Below are positions 1 to 13,280 of a DNA stretch of 64,000 nucleotides, piece by piece. The notes under the pieces were generated by a model. It was given only the letters and a program-made list of their open reading frames with translations, did no database searches and was not told where the DNA came from. Numbering within the stretch: position 1 is the first letter of the stretch; the number at the start of each line of letters is the position of its first letter. The stretch is from Eledone cirrhosa (Eukaryota), in the NCBI GenBank assembly GCA_964016885.1, contig OZ024740.1, positions 345,092,001 through 345,156,000 of the forward strand. Reading direction: 5' to 3'. The translations under genes and the position numbers were made by a program.

Positions 1-28
1 TTTCACTAGCTCCGACAGTTAGCAATAT

Positions 29-75
29 ACTGCATTGAAGAAGGGTAATCACCCAGAAACATTAGTGTCTGCTGT
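29..75 (+). ncRNA. Hammerhead-ribozyme-like motif (type I, U3 variant) near the 3' end of an element that runs into a (TA)n tract at 222
   Basis: gca-TTGAAGA(35-41)-a-GGGT aatc ACCC-a-GAAAC(56-60)-a ttag t-GTC(67-69)-tgc. Stems I, II and III all pair. C3 is T. Confidence 0.55.
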
Positions 76-219
76 TCTGTTTACATGCCAATACAAGAGC
101 AAGAATGGTACTGTCATGGCTTAAAAAGAGACCATTTGCATAATTGTAAACTAATCGATTATTATTATTAGTATTCGAAAACCTCAGATTACATTTATTG
201 TATTCTGCGATATAGAGCG

Positions 220-1030
<811 letters not shown>

Positions 1031-1034
<4 letters not shown>

Positions 1035-2145
1035 ATAAGTTATCGAGAATCGCATTTCGGCCCACGAAATGACGAAAAACAACCTCCGAGATGTGCGGCA
1101 AGTGCTCAATGATTCAGAAGAACCAGAGCTATAACAAACGTTAAAGGCCAAACACACTGAGACGATGCTTAAACAATCATTCGCATAGCCAAAAAAACGA
1201 TCAAGTAATTCGGGTATTGAAAATTTACCCGGACCCCTGGAAGTTTGGTAAAATCCAGTATATGGGTTTCTGCGGCTCCTAAATCTAGTACTGTCCGCTT
1301 ACATATATACTGTCAGGCTTCTGGTAAGATGATTGAACAAGGAAGCCACTTTCTCAACAGGTTTTAGTTCAATGTTAATACAAGGACTGACTATTGATGA
1401 CCCCACGTGGGGATCGGCAAGGGAGGCAACCCCTATATCTGGCGAATGAATTCAGTTGTGTATATTCTTGCAAGAATGCAAAAACATCACAAATCGAATA
1501 GAGTTCTCAACAGAAGGGTTAAAATTAACATAAGCTATTCATCAGTCAATAGAATCAACTAAAAAATCAACAAAATTAACTGGTCAATAGCTAGAGTCTG
1601 GAGAATAATACAAACATAAATTATCGAGATTCGCATTTCGGCCCACGAAATAACGAAAAACAACCTCCGAGATGTGCGGCAAGTGCTCAATGATTCAGAA
1701 GAACCAGAGCTATAAAAAATGTTAATGGCCAAACACACTGAGACGATGGTTAAACAATCATTCGCATAGCCAAAAAAACGATCAAGTAATTCGGGTATTG
1801 AAAATTTACCCGGACCCCTGGAAGGTTGGTAAAATCCAGTATATGGGTTTCTGCGGCTCCTAAATCAAGTACCGTCCGCTTACATATATAATATCAGGCT
1901 TCTGGTAAGATGATTGAACAAGGAAGCCACTTTCTCAACATGTTTTAGTTCAATGTTAATACAAGGACTGGCTATTGCTGACCCCACGTGGGGATCGGCA
2001 AGGGAGGCAACCCCTATATCTGGCGAATGAATTCAGGTGTGTATATTCTTGCAAGAATGCAAAAACATCACAAATCGAATAGAGTTCTCAACAGAAGGGT
2101 TAACATTAACATAAGCTATTCATCAGTCAATAGAATCAACTAAAA
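1031..2145 (-). mobile_element. Non-coding insert in (TA)n: about 1.9 tandem copies of a 581-bp unit (retrozyme/PLE pLTR-like)
   Basis: Unit 1031-1611 is repeated at 1612-2145 with scattered substitutions and is flanked by TA tracts on both sides. Strand is inferred from partial hammerhead motifs. Confidence 0.75.
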
Positions 2146-2167
2146 TATATATATATTATAAAATATA

Positions 2168-2233
<66 letters not shown>

Positions 2234-2234
<1 letters not shown>

Positions 2235-3140
2235 GAGATGTGTCAAAAAAGTTCCAGGACTGATGTCACAAAAGATTTATTTCAAACCCAAACTTCACAC
2301 TAAGAGTGTTCTCCTTCAAATAATCCCCCTGGTGTCTAATGCACTTTTCCATTCTTTTCTGCCAGGCTTGCACACACTCCTGGAGGGACTCTTCCGGGAT
2401 CCTCCGCAGTTCCGTCGTCACGGCCTTTTTGTTGTCGTCCACGTCTTCAAAACGGGTCCCCTCCGTGTCGTACTCGAAGATCCATCACCGGTGATGACTG
2501 TCCCTAGCAAGTCTGGTTCCGTTTCAAGACGCTCGAGGATGTCCTGGCACACTGACATGCGTCGACACTTCTGGTCATCGTTCAGCAGTTTTGGCACCGT
2601 CTTCACGCAGATTTTCCGCATGTCCAAATCTTCAGTAAGAATCTTCCAGACGCTGTCCCGATTCATGCCCAGCTCATTTGCCATCAGTCGAACAGTCAGG
2701 CGACGATCGCTACGCACCATCTGCCTGACGCGCTCAACGTTGACCTCAGTCCTGGTTGTTGAGGGCCTTCCGCTCCTAGGGTCATTTTCCACGTCCTCGC
2801 GTCCTTCTTTAAACCTCTTGCACCACCCAAAGACACGTGAGCGTGACATCGTCTCACCTCCATACACTTGCTGCAGCAATCCCAGTGCTTGCGACGGAGT
2901 TTTCCCCAATCGTCCCAGAAACTTCAAGTTTCTTCGTTGCTCTGTGCTCATTGCTTGACGACCTGAAACAGAAGACATGCATATAAAATTATGAAGAAAA
3001 GAGTTTGATCGCAGTAGAGAGCTAAGATTACAGTTACATACTCCAGGGGGATTACTTTGAAGGAGAAAACTCTTAGTGTGAAGTTTGGGTTTGAAATAAA
3101 TCTTTTGTGACATCAGTCCTGGAACTTTTTTGACACACCT

Positions 3141-3142
<2 letters not shown>
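2234..3142 (-). mobile_element. Mariner (Tc1/mariner) transposon, internally deleted, about 105-bp TIRs
   Basis: TIRs gtgtcaaaaaagttccaggactgatgtc...ccccctgg at both ends in TA context. Transposase starts at ATG 2951 (MSTEQRRNLKF..., DPRSGRPST, VPKLL, VITGD), then jumps to a C-terminal frame (GTRFEDVDD...WQKRMEKCI). The rest of the catalytic core is missing. Confidence 0.93.
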
Positions 3143-3172
<30 letters not shown>

Positions 3173-3202
3173 AAATATGTATGTAAATATCGTAGTCCAC
3201 CT

Positions 3203-3366
3203 GGTTGTGGTGGGTCTGGTAACTTTGTTAGAACACAATGTGTCATTGTAGGTATCGTTGCAGTTAAATTCGGCAGTGTGACCGGTAGTTTTTGTGGTAG
3301 TTGAACACCGCCTATGGTAGCCTCGAAGAAAATCCGTCCGGGTTACAGAGTCATTTACGTATAAAT
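3203..3366 (-). other. Possible coding exon (unidentified)
   Basis: Acceptor ttttcaatttttattgttcaaacag, open frame DLYVNDSVTRTDFLRGYHRRCS...CSNKVTRPTTT, weak donor CAG|GTGGAC. No homology recognised. Confidence 0.25.
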
Positions 3367-4749
3367 CTGTTTGAACAATAAAAATTGAAAACATGTACAT
3401 ATATATAGTATATCGGAGTCATGGCTGCTGTTTCTAATATGCCGTCTGGCAGATTTTGGCTGGCAATGGGCAAGGCTTTAGGCCACTATCTTCGAACTGA
3501 GGTGCAATCAATCACCACGGAGCTGTGATCTGATGTATTGAGTACTGGAATTAAGCTGAATTTAAAACCAGGGAAACCAAGAGTGCGGTAAGAGACCTCA
3601 CCACTGGTGAACATTTCGTTTACCTACACCACAAATTTTCACTTTCAAGGTTCACGTTGTGCTATCTTATGCTGTTGTCAAAACCATATCACGAAATATC
3701 AGTTATCTACCATTTTTTTCGGTAATTCACACTCACTTCGTTTTCTTTGGAATACCAGATTATAATCTTTCTTTCTTTCTGTCTGCCTGTCGCTCTCAAT
3801 ATTTCTGCCATATCTTTATCAGAACTTTGTCAGTTATGGGTCGTAACCTTTCAGCAGATGTTACTTCAGATAAGCCATAATGCTGGACATACATATCCCT
3901 CACATTCAATGTACTACTCTCCGAAATGATGTATTGATACAGTCATGAGGTGGGGGGGTTTCTGACCCCTAGAGATACACATGATAATAAAAAAGAGACA
4001 TCAATTTGATTGATAGACCTTAAAGAAACGTGAAGTGCTGAGTCTCAATTATTATTCATATAGTGTTGGATTGATACTATCAGTAGACTGCTAGACATGA
4101 TGATTTGCGTTATTTGGTTGCGTCCCTTCAACATCAATCGCTATTTATTGCATGGTGTGTTTCAATGTTGGGGTAATGACGTAATGCAATATCACTAGAC
4201 ATTTTAGTTCGACTTACCAATATATACTGATGTAGACTATATTACAGACCTATATTCATAAATACATATAACGGGCTTCTGCAACGTTTGTTCAAGAAAT
4301 TCTCAAAAACGGTATTAGTATATCTAAGGTCATGGTAAATAACACATGCCCATGTTTATATACGTAGTAGTTATATACGTAGCATGCTATTTATTTCATA
4401 ATGTACACACACAAACACACACAAACGCTCATACACACACACTCTCTCTCTCTCTCATACACACATACACACATACATACACACATACATACACACACAT
4501 GCACACACACATACACACACGCACACATATATATTTATATATATACATTATTTTACTTTTACTCGTATCTTCTGGTGGAGTTATAGGATCGATCTTTTTT
4601 TAAACCTAGATGAATCTTAAGACAGCCGATATATTCCAGAGAGGGAGGCAGTGTGTGCGTGTGTGATTGACAGGAGTAACAAAGGGATGGAGAGAAAGAA
4701 TCTACCCCACTAATGGACACATGCATCATTTTATCCGATGCGAAATAAT

Positions 4750-4916
4750 CTTTTCTACTCTTGGTACAAGGCCAGCAATTACCCACTGGTACTTTATTTT
4801 ATCGACCCCGTAAGGATGAAAGGCAAAGTTAACCTCGGCGGGATTTGAACTCAGAATGGCAAGGGCCGTAACTCTATACGTCAAAGCATGGCGTCCGACC
4901 CTCTACCGATACTGCC
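4750..4916 (-). mobile_element. tRNA-derived SINE with 15-bp target-site duplication
   Basis: Reverse complement shows an A-box-like ggcagtatcgg, B-box gagttcaaatcc and core gcctttcatccttacggggtcgataaa. TSD ccgatgcgaaataat at 4735-4749 and 4915-4929. Confidence 0.9.
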
Positions 4917-5030
4917 GATGCGAAATAATGAAAGGTAAAATTGACCACTATAGAAATAGCTTCTACGGGACTGGAACTGTTTCATTCGGAAGAAATAGTT
5001 CTAGTCCTGTAGAAGCCATTTCTACAGGAT

Positions 5031-5193
5031 GATGACATCAGTGTTGAATCCCTCTCCCAAGGCTCTCAAAATGTCATCAAATTGATACAGTAACTGCGTT
5101 AACCAATCCCTTCCATAACGCAATCCATGTTGGTTGGAGTTCAACAGGTTGTTGCTTTCGAGAAAGTGAGTTATTCGCGATCTCACCACCCTC
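5031..5193 (-). mobile_element. LINE reverse transcriptase fragment (CR1/Crack-like)
   Basis: Translates as RVVRSRITHFLESNNLLNSNQHGLRYGRDWLTQLL...DILRALGEGFNTDVI (QHGFR-type motif). Confidence 0.7.
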
Positions 5194-5440
5194 TCAAAGC
5201 CAGAATGTTATTGCCTCTATACCTAGGTTGTGTGGGATATTGGAATATGGATTGATGACATCAAAGGTTACTAGTAGGGTATGTTCATTATTAAGTGTTG
5301 TTGGGAGGTGGTTGAGCATGTCAAGCTCGTCCATTATGAAGATTTGTTTGTGTTTTAGGAAAGGTTTAAGCAGAATATCTAGGATGTTGCTTAGGCGGTG
5401 TGTTTCACATGGATTCCAAAGTGCCCTAAACTCAATATCC
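5194..5440 (-). mobile_element. Penelope-like element RT fragment (inverted relative to the adjacent endonuclease part)
   Basis: LSNILDILLKPFL...LLVTFDVINPYSNIPHNLG resembles the PLE RT motif LVTxDVxSLYTNIP. Confidence 0.8.
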
Positions 5441-6600
5441 AGGAACTCAGACACCCCAAACCCAGGAATGAACCGCAACAGAAAGCTCTACCATACATCT
5501 CCACACACAACCCCTCAACAATGAGGCATTCGATACCATCCCCCAGAACATTCTTTTACTAAAAGAGACCCAAGAATGAACAAAATCCTCAAAACACACA
5601 TCACAAAGTGCAAAAGACAACCTAAATCCATAAAAAAACATCCTCACACAAGCCAAAATCCATCCAGCCCTCACAATGAACCCTACAGTAAAAAAAATGC
5701 GGAAAGCTCAACTGTGGTTGGTATGTGCATAAATCTAGTAGAAGGTTCAACATTCCATTTTAAACAAGGAGAACATTTTACAGTTAAATAAAACTTTACA
5801 TGTGCATCTGAAAGCCTAATCTATGTTTTTACCTGCTCAGGTTGTCGAGAGCACTACATAGTACAGTAAAAAAAAACAGCCTCCGACAACGTCCATAGAT
5901 CACAAATCAAAATACAGGAATACAAAAATACAGGAATACAGATTGCTTTTAGTGAACATATCACCAATTGTACATCTAACCAACATTCAAACTTTAAAAT
6001 TTCCACCATTTACAAATTCATAGACAACGCTGCTTTGATCCATCGTACAAACAAGGAATCGTACTTCATTAACAAATTCCAACCTCTACTTAATGGACTA
6101 AACTTCGGACTAAACTAAATCTGGAACAAACAATGAACCAAAGCCCATTTCACATTTTCTCTAAAGAGTTTCATCCCTTACATCCTACCTAATCCTTTTT
6201 CTTATATAAATGAATTACCTCCTCTCCTTTCTCTCTCCCCTACCTGAGCACCCTGCATATTAACTCTCTAAAAAGGGAAATTATATCAAACCCCAGACTA
6301 CCAATTTGCCTCTATTATGGACCAACCAAGCGCTCTTGCAATTATAACACATTTTGAAAAGCTTCTCCTCAAGAACTATGCCTGTAAATAATATTATTCT
6401 TTCTTTCCCATTACCTTATCATGTTCCACATCACCCCTTTCTTTCTTATTTCTTTTTACTTCATAATATTCTTTCTTTCCCATTTCCTTAACATGTTCAA
6501 AATCACATTATTTTCTCTCCAACATTTTATACCAATACAAATTCCTCCCTCTGATAATGAATAAAATGCTGAAACCGGTAATAGACAATTTTTAAATATA
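5441..6600 (+). mobile_element. Penelope-like element 3' part: GIY-YIG endonuclease remnant, 3' UTR and decayed hammerhead
   Basis: NFTCASESLIYVFTCSGCREHYI (about 5790-5860), KESYFINKFQPLLNGLN (about 6050-6100), and ctgataa...gaaaccggta at 6551-6580. Confidence 0.75.
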
Positions 6601-6785
6601 TGAATAAATAAATAAATAAATAAATAAATGCCATTGTTAATTAATAAATAAATTAACTAATACCTTAACACTTCACAGAAAGTAAAATATTTTGTTTTAA
6701 ACATTTTCGAACCCAGAAAAAAAGAGAAAAATATAAAAGGAAAACAAATATTTTTCTTCCTAATAATAGTCTTTTTCTCTCTCTT

Positions 6786-6838
<53 letters not shown>

Positions 6839-6932
6839 TAAAATAACAGATTAAAGTTTAAGCAAAGAATCGCTGCTTTCACCCATAACGGGATCTTCTG
6901 AAACTCATTTTAGTCTTCAAATTTATTATTAT

Positions 6933-6960
<28 letters not shown>

Positions 6961-6969
<9 letters not shown>

Positions 6970-7500
6970 TAAAAAAATAATGAATAAAACAAAGAAACAG
7001 TTCCTTATAATAAACAAAAAAAGTTCATTATTTAACGATCGTTTCTAGGACATATATGTGTTAGAATTGGCATGCATATTCAAAAGATCTATGTACAAAA
7101 TTATACAAACTATCAAGGAGATTATACATACCATCACATATATATGCTGTCTTCAGAAATAATGATTATTTCTGAAGACAGCATATATATGTGATGGTAT
7201 GTATATTCTCCTTGATAGTTTGTATAATTTTGTACATAGATCTTTTGAATATGCATGCCAATTCTAACACATATATGTCCTAGAAACGATCGTTAAATAA
7301 TGAACTTTTTTTGTTTAATATAAGGAACTGTTTTTTTTGTTTTATTCATTATTCTTTTAATATTTTATCTTGACACTGTATTGCGTTTATCTTTCACCGA
7401 AAGTGATTTTTGAATGCATCTCTTCTTTCCATGATATCCGGATTACATTGAGTTCTTCATACGGATTGGACACTACCGTAAACTTTTGGTAGATTTATCT
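6961..7500. mobile_element. Head-to-head inverted insert in (TA)n with two hammerhead copies
   Basis: 6961-7163 is the reverse complement of 7165-7368 (1-nt spacer). The right arm continues to 7500. TA/CA tracts on both sides. Confidence 0.85.
7165..7301 (+). ncRNA. Type I hammerhead ribozyme with minimal palindromic stem III (mirror copy at 7027-7163, minus strand)
   Basis: attattt-CTGAAGA(7172-7178)-long stem II (catatatatgtg/cacatatatg, imperfect base)-GAAAC(7283-7287)-gatc-GTT-aaataat. Stem I is 7 bp. Confidence 0.7.
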
Positions 7501-7560
<60 letters not shown>

Positions 7561-7595
7561 CAACTCGTGTGGTCCTTTTCCACATTTTATAATTC

Positions 7596-7648
<53 letters not shown>

Positions 7649-7669
7649 GGGATAACAGATTATTGTTAT

Positions 7670-7736
<67 letters not shown>

Positions 7737-8160
7737 GTGTATACATATTATATGTCTGCATTTTTATGTATCACTTTCACCTTCCGAATATGTCATCGCC
7801 ACCTCGTTGTCATTTACTATGTATAAATATTCTATTCCAATATCTTGTCCCATTGATATGTTTAAACAAATGTTAACTATTTGTTTTTCTCACCCACGCG
7901 GTCAGACACTCAAACATATATATAGATCTATATATACATATACATTCATTTTGCCCTCCTTTTACTACCATCCTGACTGTGCATTCAGTAAATCTCCAAA
8001 CCAGTTTCTGGTCTCATACTGATTGTACCACAATATATCTACATATATATATATATGTATGTGTGTGTGTGTGTGTGTGTGAAAGGTAAACTGAAATAAC
8101 ACAAACGGTACAGTATATGGAAAGAATATATATATATATATATATACTTATATATATATA

Positions 8161-8211
<51 letters not shown>

Positions 8212-8870
8212 GTATATATTTACATCCATACACATATACATTCATATAAACACTCACACACATGTGAATATATATATATATGTTTGTGTGTGTGCTTGTG
8301 TGTGTGTATGTAATGTGTGTATGTGATGTGATATATAGTTGATTTTTTTCTTTTTACTTTCTGTAATATAAATAGACGACGAACCTTATGTACTTGGTGA
8401 ACCTTGCTTTATATGCAAAGAGTTTACAAACGTGAACATAGACGACGTGTAAAATACGAAGTATCTTTCATCAAATATATACAGGAGTGTCTCTTAAGTC
8501 TCTTTTTTCAAATGATTGGTTATACATTTTGCTGACTTGCCTTCTAGCATTTCCTTTTCAATGAAATCCTTATTTGTACTGACAGAGGTATTGCAGTTAA
8601 AGTATGTATGTATATAGCAGTTTTAGTTTTTTAATATAATTTTTTTATTGGCAGTTAAGAATGGTGATGAATGACACGAATCCGTAAAGCTTCGCTTGAA
8701 ATGTCGTGTTGTGTTTGAGATAAGTTCTATAATGCTCTGGTTTCAAATCCTGCCAGAGAGAATTTTGACTTCCAATACGTGTCTGCTTAAATATTGGATT
8801 TGGTTTCAATTGAATATACGTTTTCCTAACAAACTGTAACATTCAACGATTGTGTGTTCACATAATATAA

Positions 8871-9044
8871 TTGTTTCTACTTTAGGCACAAGGCCAGTAA
8901 TTACCCAGTGTATTACTGATTCTTTATTTTATCGACCCCATAAGGGTGAAAGGCAAAGTTAACCTCAGCGGGATTTGAACTCAGAATGGCAAGGGCCGTA
9001 ACTCTATGCGTCAAAGCACGGCGTCCGACCCTCTACCGATACTG
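8871..9044 (-). mobile_element. tRNA-derived SINE (same family as 4750-4916)
   Basis: Near-identical head, B-box and core. Confidence 0.9.
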
Positions 9045-9386
9045 ATATGTGCGTCTTTTACACATCTGTGGTGTGTCTTGGCTTAATATGTAGTGTTTGA
9101 CTCTGTATAGATTTATTTGCTATTTCCATCCACACGAATGACCACATAACGCCACACTAAAAGACACACGCATGTTTAGTCGCTAGCAAGGTGTATATGA
9201 GTTTATGCGTGCGTGTTGAATAATCGCCGGTATACACCTCACCTTGCTATGGGGATTTATGTTCCTAACAGCAGCATGCCAATCTGTTGAATATATCTTA
9301 AATCACAGAAGACTTGTACTTCTCCTAAAAATTAAGAAAACCCGTAACATAGAGTCTTAATACGAAGGTTATGTGTGACGTTGAAG

Positions 9387-9436
<50 letters not shown>

Positions 9437-10131
9437 ACACGAGGGAGAGGTAGGTTGGGAGAGAGATAAAATCGATCCCAATAATTTATTGTTAATTATT
9501 TGTGTGGTTGCACGCCTACACACACATATACACATATATACACACTCACACAAACTAATATGTATACATACCAAAATGCATACGTTCTATATCAGGTGAA
9601 ATAGAGTCAGAGATGAATAGAAAATACAAGAGAGTAAAGAAAGGAACTGTGTAATCTATAGATATTTAGAATGACAGACAGAAACCAAGATAGGCTTTAA
9701 TCTTTATAACTTAACATTGAATTAAACATCGGATTATGAGCTAAGTTAATAATTGGTCATTATAGATTATTGGAAATGTAGGAGATTTTTTTCTATAGTA
9801 AATATTCGAGTTTTACTTTTGCGAGTGCCTCTATGTACTTAAAGGAAGATTACGAAATGTAATTCAAGACCCACCTGATTTTCGCTTGCTAATCCTGTAA
9901 GGTTTCGAAGCATTCCTTCTGGAATGAAATTTGTCAGACGTGTCTAATTACCTCTTCCATATAAGTAACATGAATTGTATAGCATCTCTTGGCTTTTAAC
10001 GCTTTCCAATATCTTACGCTCTTTACTCTTATAACGTCTCTTTCTCCCTAACGCACATATATAACCACATCTACTTTCACACGCACACACGCACACACGC
10101 ATACACACACACACACGCATACACACATCTA

Positions 10132-10168
<37 letters not shown>

Positions 10169-10527
10169 TGTATATATATATATATAGTAGAAGTTTGTGT
10201 GTGTGTGTGAATACATACATACACATATATATATATACAAGAGGTAGAAACTAAATGATTATCGTTGTTGTACATGTGAATTCTAAAACATTATGATATG
10301 TAATACGAGATAAATGAACTTTGAAAGAATAAAAGAATACGGAAAACTGCTTTGTGTCTTTGATTATTTGTGCGTAAGTGTATGTGGGGGATGTAATATA
10401 TTAGTTGGAAGACTGCGGTCATTTAGGGGTACCACCTTTTCTATGTTTTAAGATATATTTCTTACATTATTCTTTTACTAAATCTCTATCGTGTTATTCC
10501 TGTCTTTCTTTCTCTCTGTATGTATAG

Positions 10528-10611
<84 letters not shown>

Positions 10612-11103
10612 GTGTGTTTGTGTGTTTGTGTGTGTCAGTGTTTGTATGCATAAGGGGTCGGTGTCTGTGTGTGTAGTCCATGCATCTATATGTGCAAGTA
10701 AATATGGCTCCAAATACATCAGGAATGCAGCTTCAAGCAGAAATGTACGGAGGATGGCATTATATAATAGGCTAACAAATTTTGTGTATCTGGTTTATGT
10801 AATCATTGTAATAATTTCATTTAATTGTATATGATAACGTGCCCTAAAGACTGCGTGATTTGACCGTCTGGATAGGGAAGAAAGATATTTGCAGAATCTC
10901 TCACTACTTTGAAAATCCCGAAATTGTGTAACCGTGTAAGAGACTGTAAATAAATCGCTTCATACTTCGCCCATTCTGTAGAAAGCAAAAATCTGTCTTA
11001 TATATTTATATATAAGAAAACTGTCGAGTGCTTCGAATCTGTTATAAATATATTTGTTGAACTACCAACAAATTAAATATCCCTTTGCCTCTATATATAT
11101 ATA

Positions 11104-11161
<58 letters not shown>

Positions 11162-11337
11162 TATGTGCGTGTATGTCGTTTGCTTGCGCCCGTGCGTGTT
11201 AATGTATGTCTATATACGTTTTATTCATTTATCCTCGCTGTCAAAATCTATCTTTTCAACTGCATCCTTTTTAAATTCTACGCAGCTCTTTCTCTCTCAC
11301 CATCTCTCTCACTCTCTCTCTTTCTCTCTCTCTCTCA

Positions 11338-11368
<31 letters not shown>

Positions 11369-12259
11369 TCTCTCGCCATCTTTCTCGCCCTCTTTCTCTC
11401 TCTCTATTTCTTCCCCTATCAATTCATATACAACTAACTACTTATCCTTTCTCCCCCAGCGGACAACAGGTGCAATGTAGCTCACAGTTATTCCGGAGAA
11501 ATTTCATCGAGACATTCTTCAGTCGTTCCTTGCCAGTTCAATGATTTGGTGTGAATTAAAGTAGTGCGGATGAGGTTGTTTGGCGTTTTGCATACAAGAT
11601 CCCACTTAGAAATGGTTAAATATTTGAATTTATTATTTAGAAATGTAAATTATACTTGACAATGAATCAACCTGCCTGAAAGAGCAGACAAATCTCACCC
11701 CCTCAAATCCATAAAATATGAAAGCAGTTTGTATATAGTTTCGTAGTATTTTATCTGATTGCTTGCAGTCGGTTAAAATTACAATGTTGTCAACATTGCG
11801 TTCCATTCCTTTTTAGAGTTTGAGCTCATCAAACATTTTTGGAACATTTTTAACAAATGAAGTGGGTTTTGACCTTGCCTTCACGCTAGAAACATCAGGC
11901 ATGGGTATGTTTTCCTGGCTTGATAGGACAATCAACTGAGACGACAGATAAGAGAATATATATATGAATAAGGAAAGGAAATTACTATGTGTGTCATTCG
12001 ATCGTACTTCATGAAATAGGTTCTTACTTTCTGTACATGTCGACCGAAAGAAATTTCATCATGACGAAATGTTTCCCACAAAATGCATCAAGATAGGCTG
12101 TAGGATTTCTCTTCTTAACTTGCTTTTCACTATTTAATTTCATCCAAATATAGTTTATGTCTTGAAATTCTGAAGAGCTGACAGATGATATTTTACACTA
12201 AACATGAATGCGAAACATTACCGATGCCGTATATATATATATCAACTAGAAATAGATTG

Positions 12260-12350
<91 letters not shown>

Positions 12351-12506
12351 GGTGTTAAAGTTTGCTTGAAGCGTTGTGAAATGTGTAAAATATGTAGTTT
12401 AGAAAGTTTTCATTTTCGTTTCTCTCAATTTTCACTTTTCTCCTATTTCTCACTCACTTCCTACCTCGAGATTTCCCATCTGCATTGTTGTGGCTTTCTA
12501 AACTAC

Positions 12507-12537
<31 letters not shown>

Positions 12538-12540
<3 letters not shown>

Positions 12541-13068
12541 ATCAAGGTTTAGCAAATAAGAAAAAGTTTCAAAATAAATTTTTAAAAATTAACTGTACTC
12601 ACTATGGTTACCTTTACCGAATCGGTTTCGAGTCTCAAAAACAAACGGATAGTCCTTACGGCCATCCATTGCAAAGATAAACTCTCGTCAGAAGGATCTT
12701 TTCACTCGGAGAATATAAAATTCCTGAGTTCAAATTACGAACTGGCGCTATTCAAAATTGTTCCCGAGATGAGAATAAATGATGTGGAATCAATTCTGTC
12801 CAGTGCCGTGCGTAAAGATACAAGCAAAGGCAGGGAGGTCAGTCTACTACCACTATAACTAGCAGAAGTCAGAACGACCAGATTTTTTCTCGACCAAGAG
12901 GAGATTAATAATAAAGTATATATCCCTACGCGCAAAGCGGCTAGGGACACATTTATTGTCCAAATATATGACAATGTGGTTCAATGGCAGGTTAATAAAT
13001 TAACGAGCCAGAACATATATAATCTAGGTTTAGCAAATAAGAAAAAGTTTCAAAATAAATTTAAAAAA
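12538..13068 (-). mobile_element. Non-coding hammerhead insert in (TA)n: 481-bp unit plus about 50-bp terminal direct repeat
   Basis: atc(a/t)aggtttagcaaataagaaaaagtttcaaaataaattt at 12541 and 13022. TA tracts on both sides. Confidence 0.85.
12611..12695 (-). ncRNA. Canonical type I hammerhead ribozyme
   Basis: Minus strand: cctt-CTGACGA-GAGT...ACTC-GAAA-CCG att CGG-TA-aagg. All three stems pair. Predicted cleavage GUA| between 12615 and 12614. Confidence 0.88.
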
Positions 13069-13162
<94 letters not shown>

Positions 13163-13280
13163 AACATCATAAACAATCACAGGGAATAATTTGTAAAGTG
13201 TGTAAGCAGACACAGCTAGGTAGGTAACTCATTAAAGTTTAACTAGAACTTCAAATATAGATACCTTTTAAAATGATTAA

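Noticed and set aside
1395-1455. HDV-like ribozyme suggested by ...ggcgaatg and ccccacgtgggg
   Set aside because: Could not assemble the P1/P2/P1.1 nested pseudoknot; the region folds as simple hairpins
4850-4916. tRNA gene
   Set aside because: The A/B boxes belong to a multi-copy SINE head and no cloverleaf forms
6865-6905. Minus-strand CAGAAGA-t-CCC..GGG-t-GAAAG motif
   Set aside because: Core U4 is changed and stem I does not pair. Kept only as a micro-insert.
12735-12974. 79-84 aa ORFs inside the 481-bp unit
   Set aside because: No recognisable domain and overlapping ORFs on both strands, so treated as non-coding
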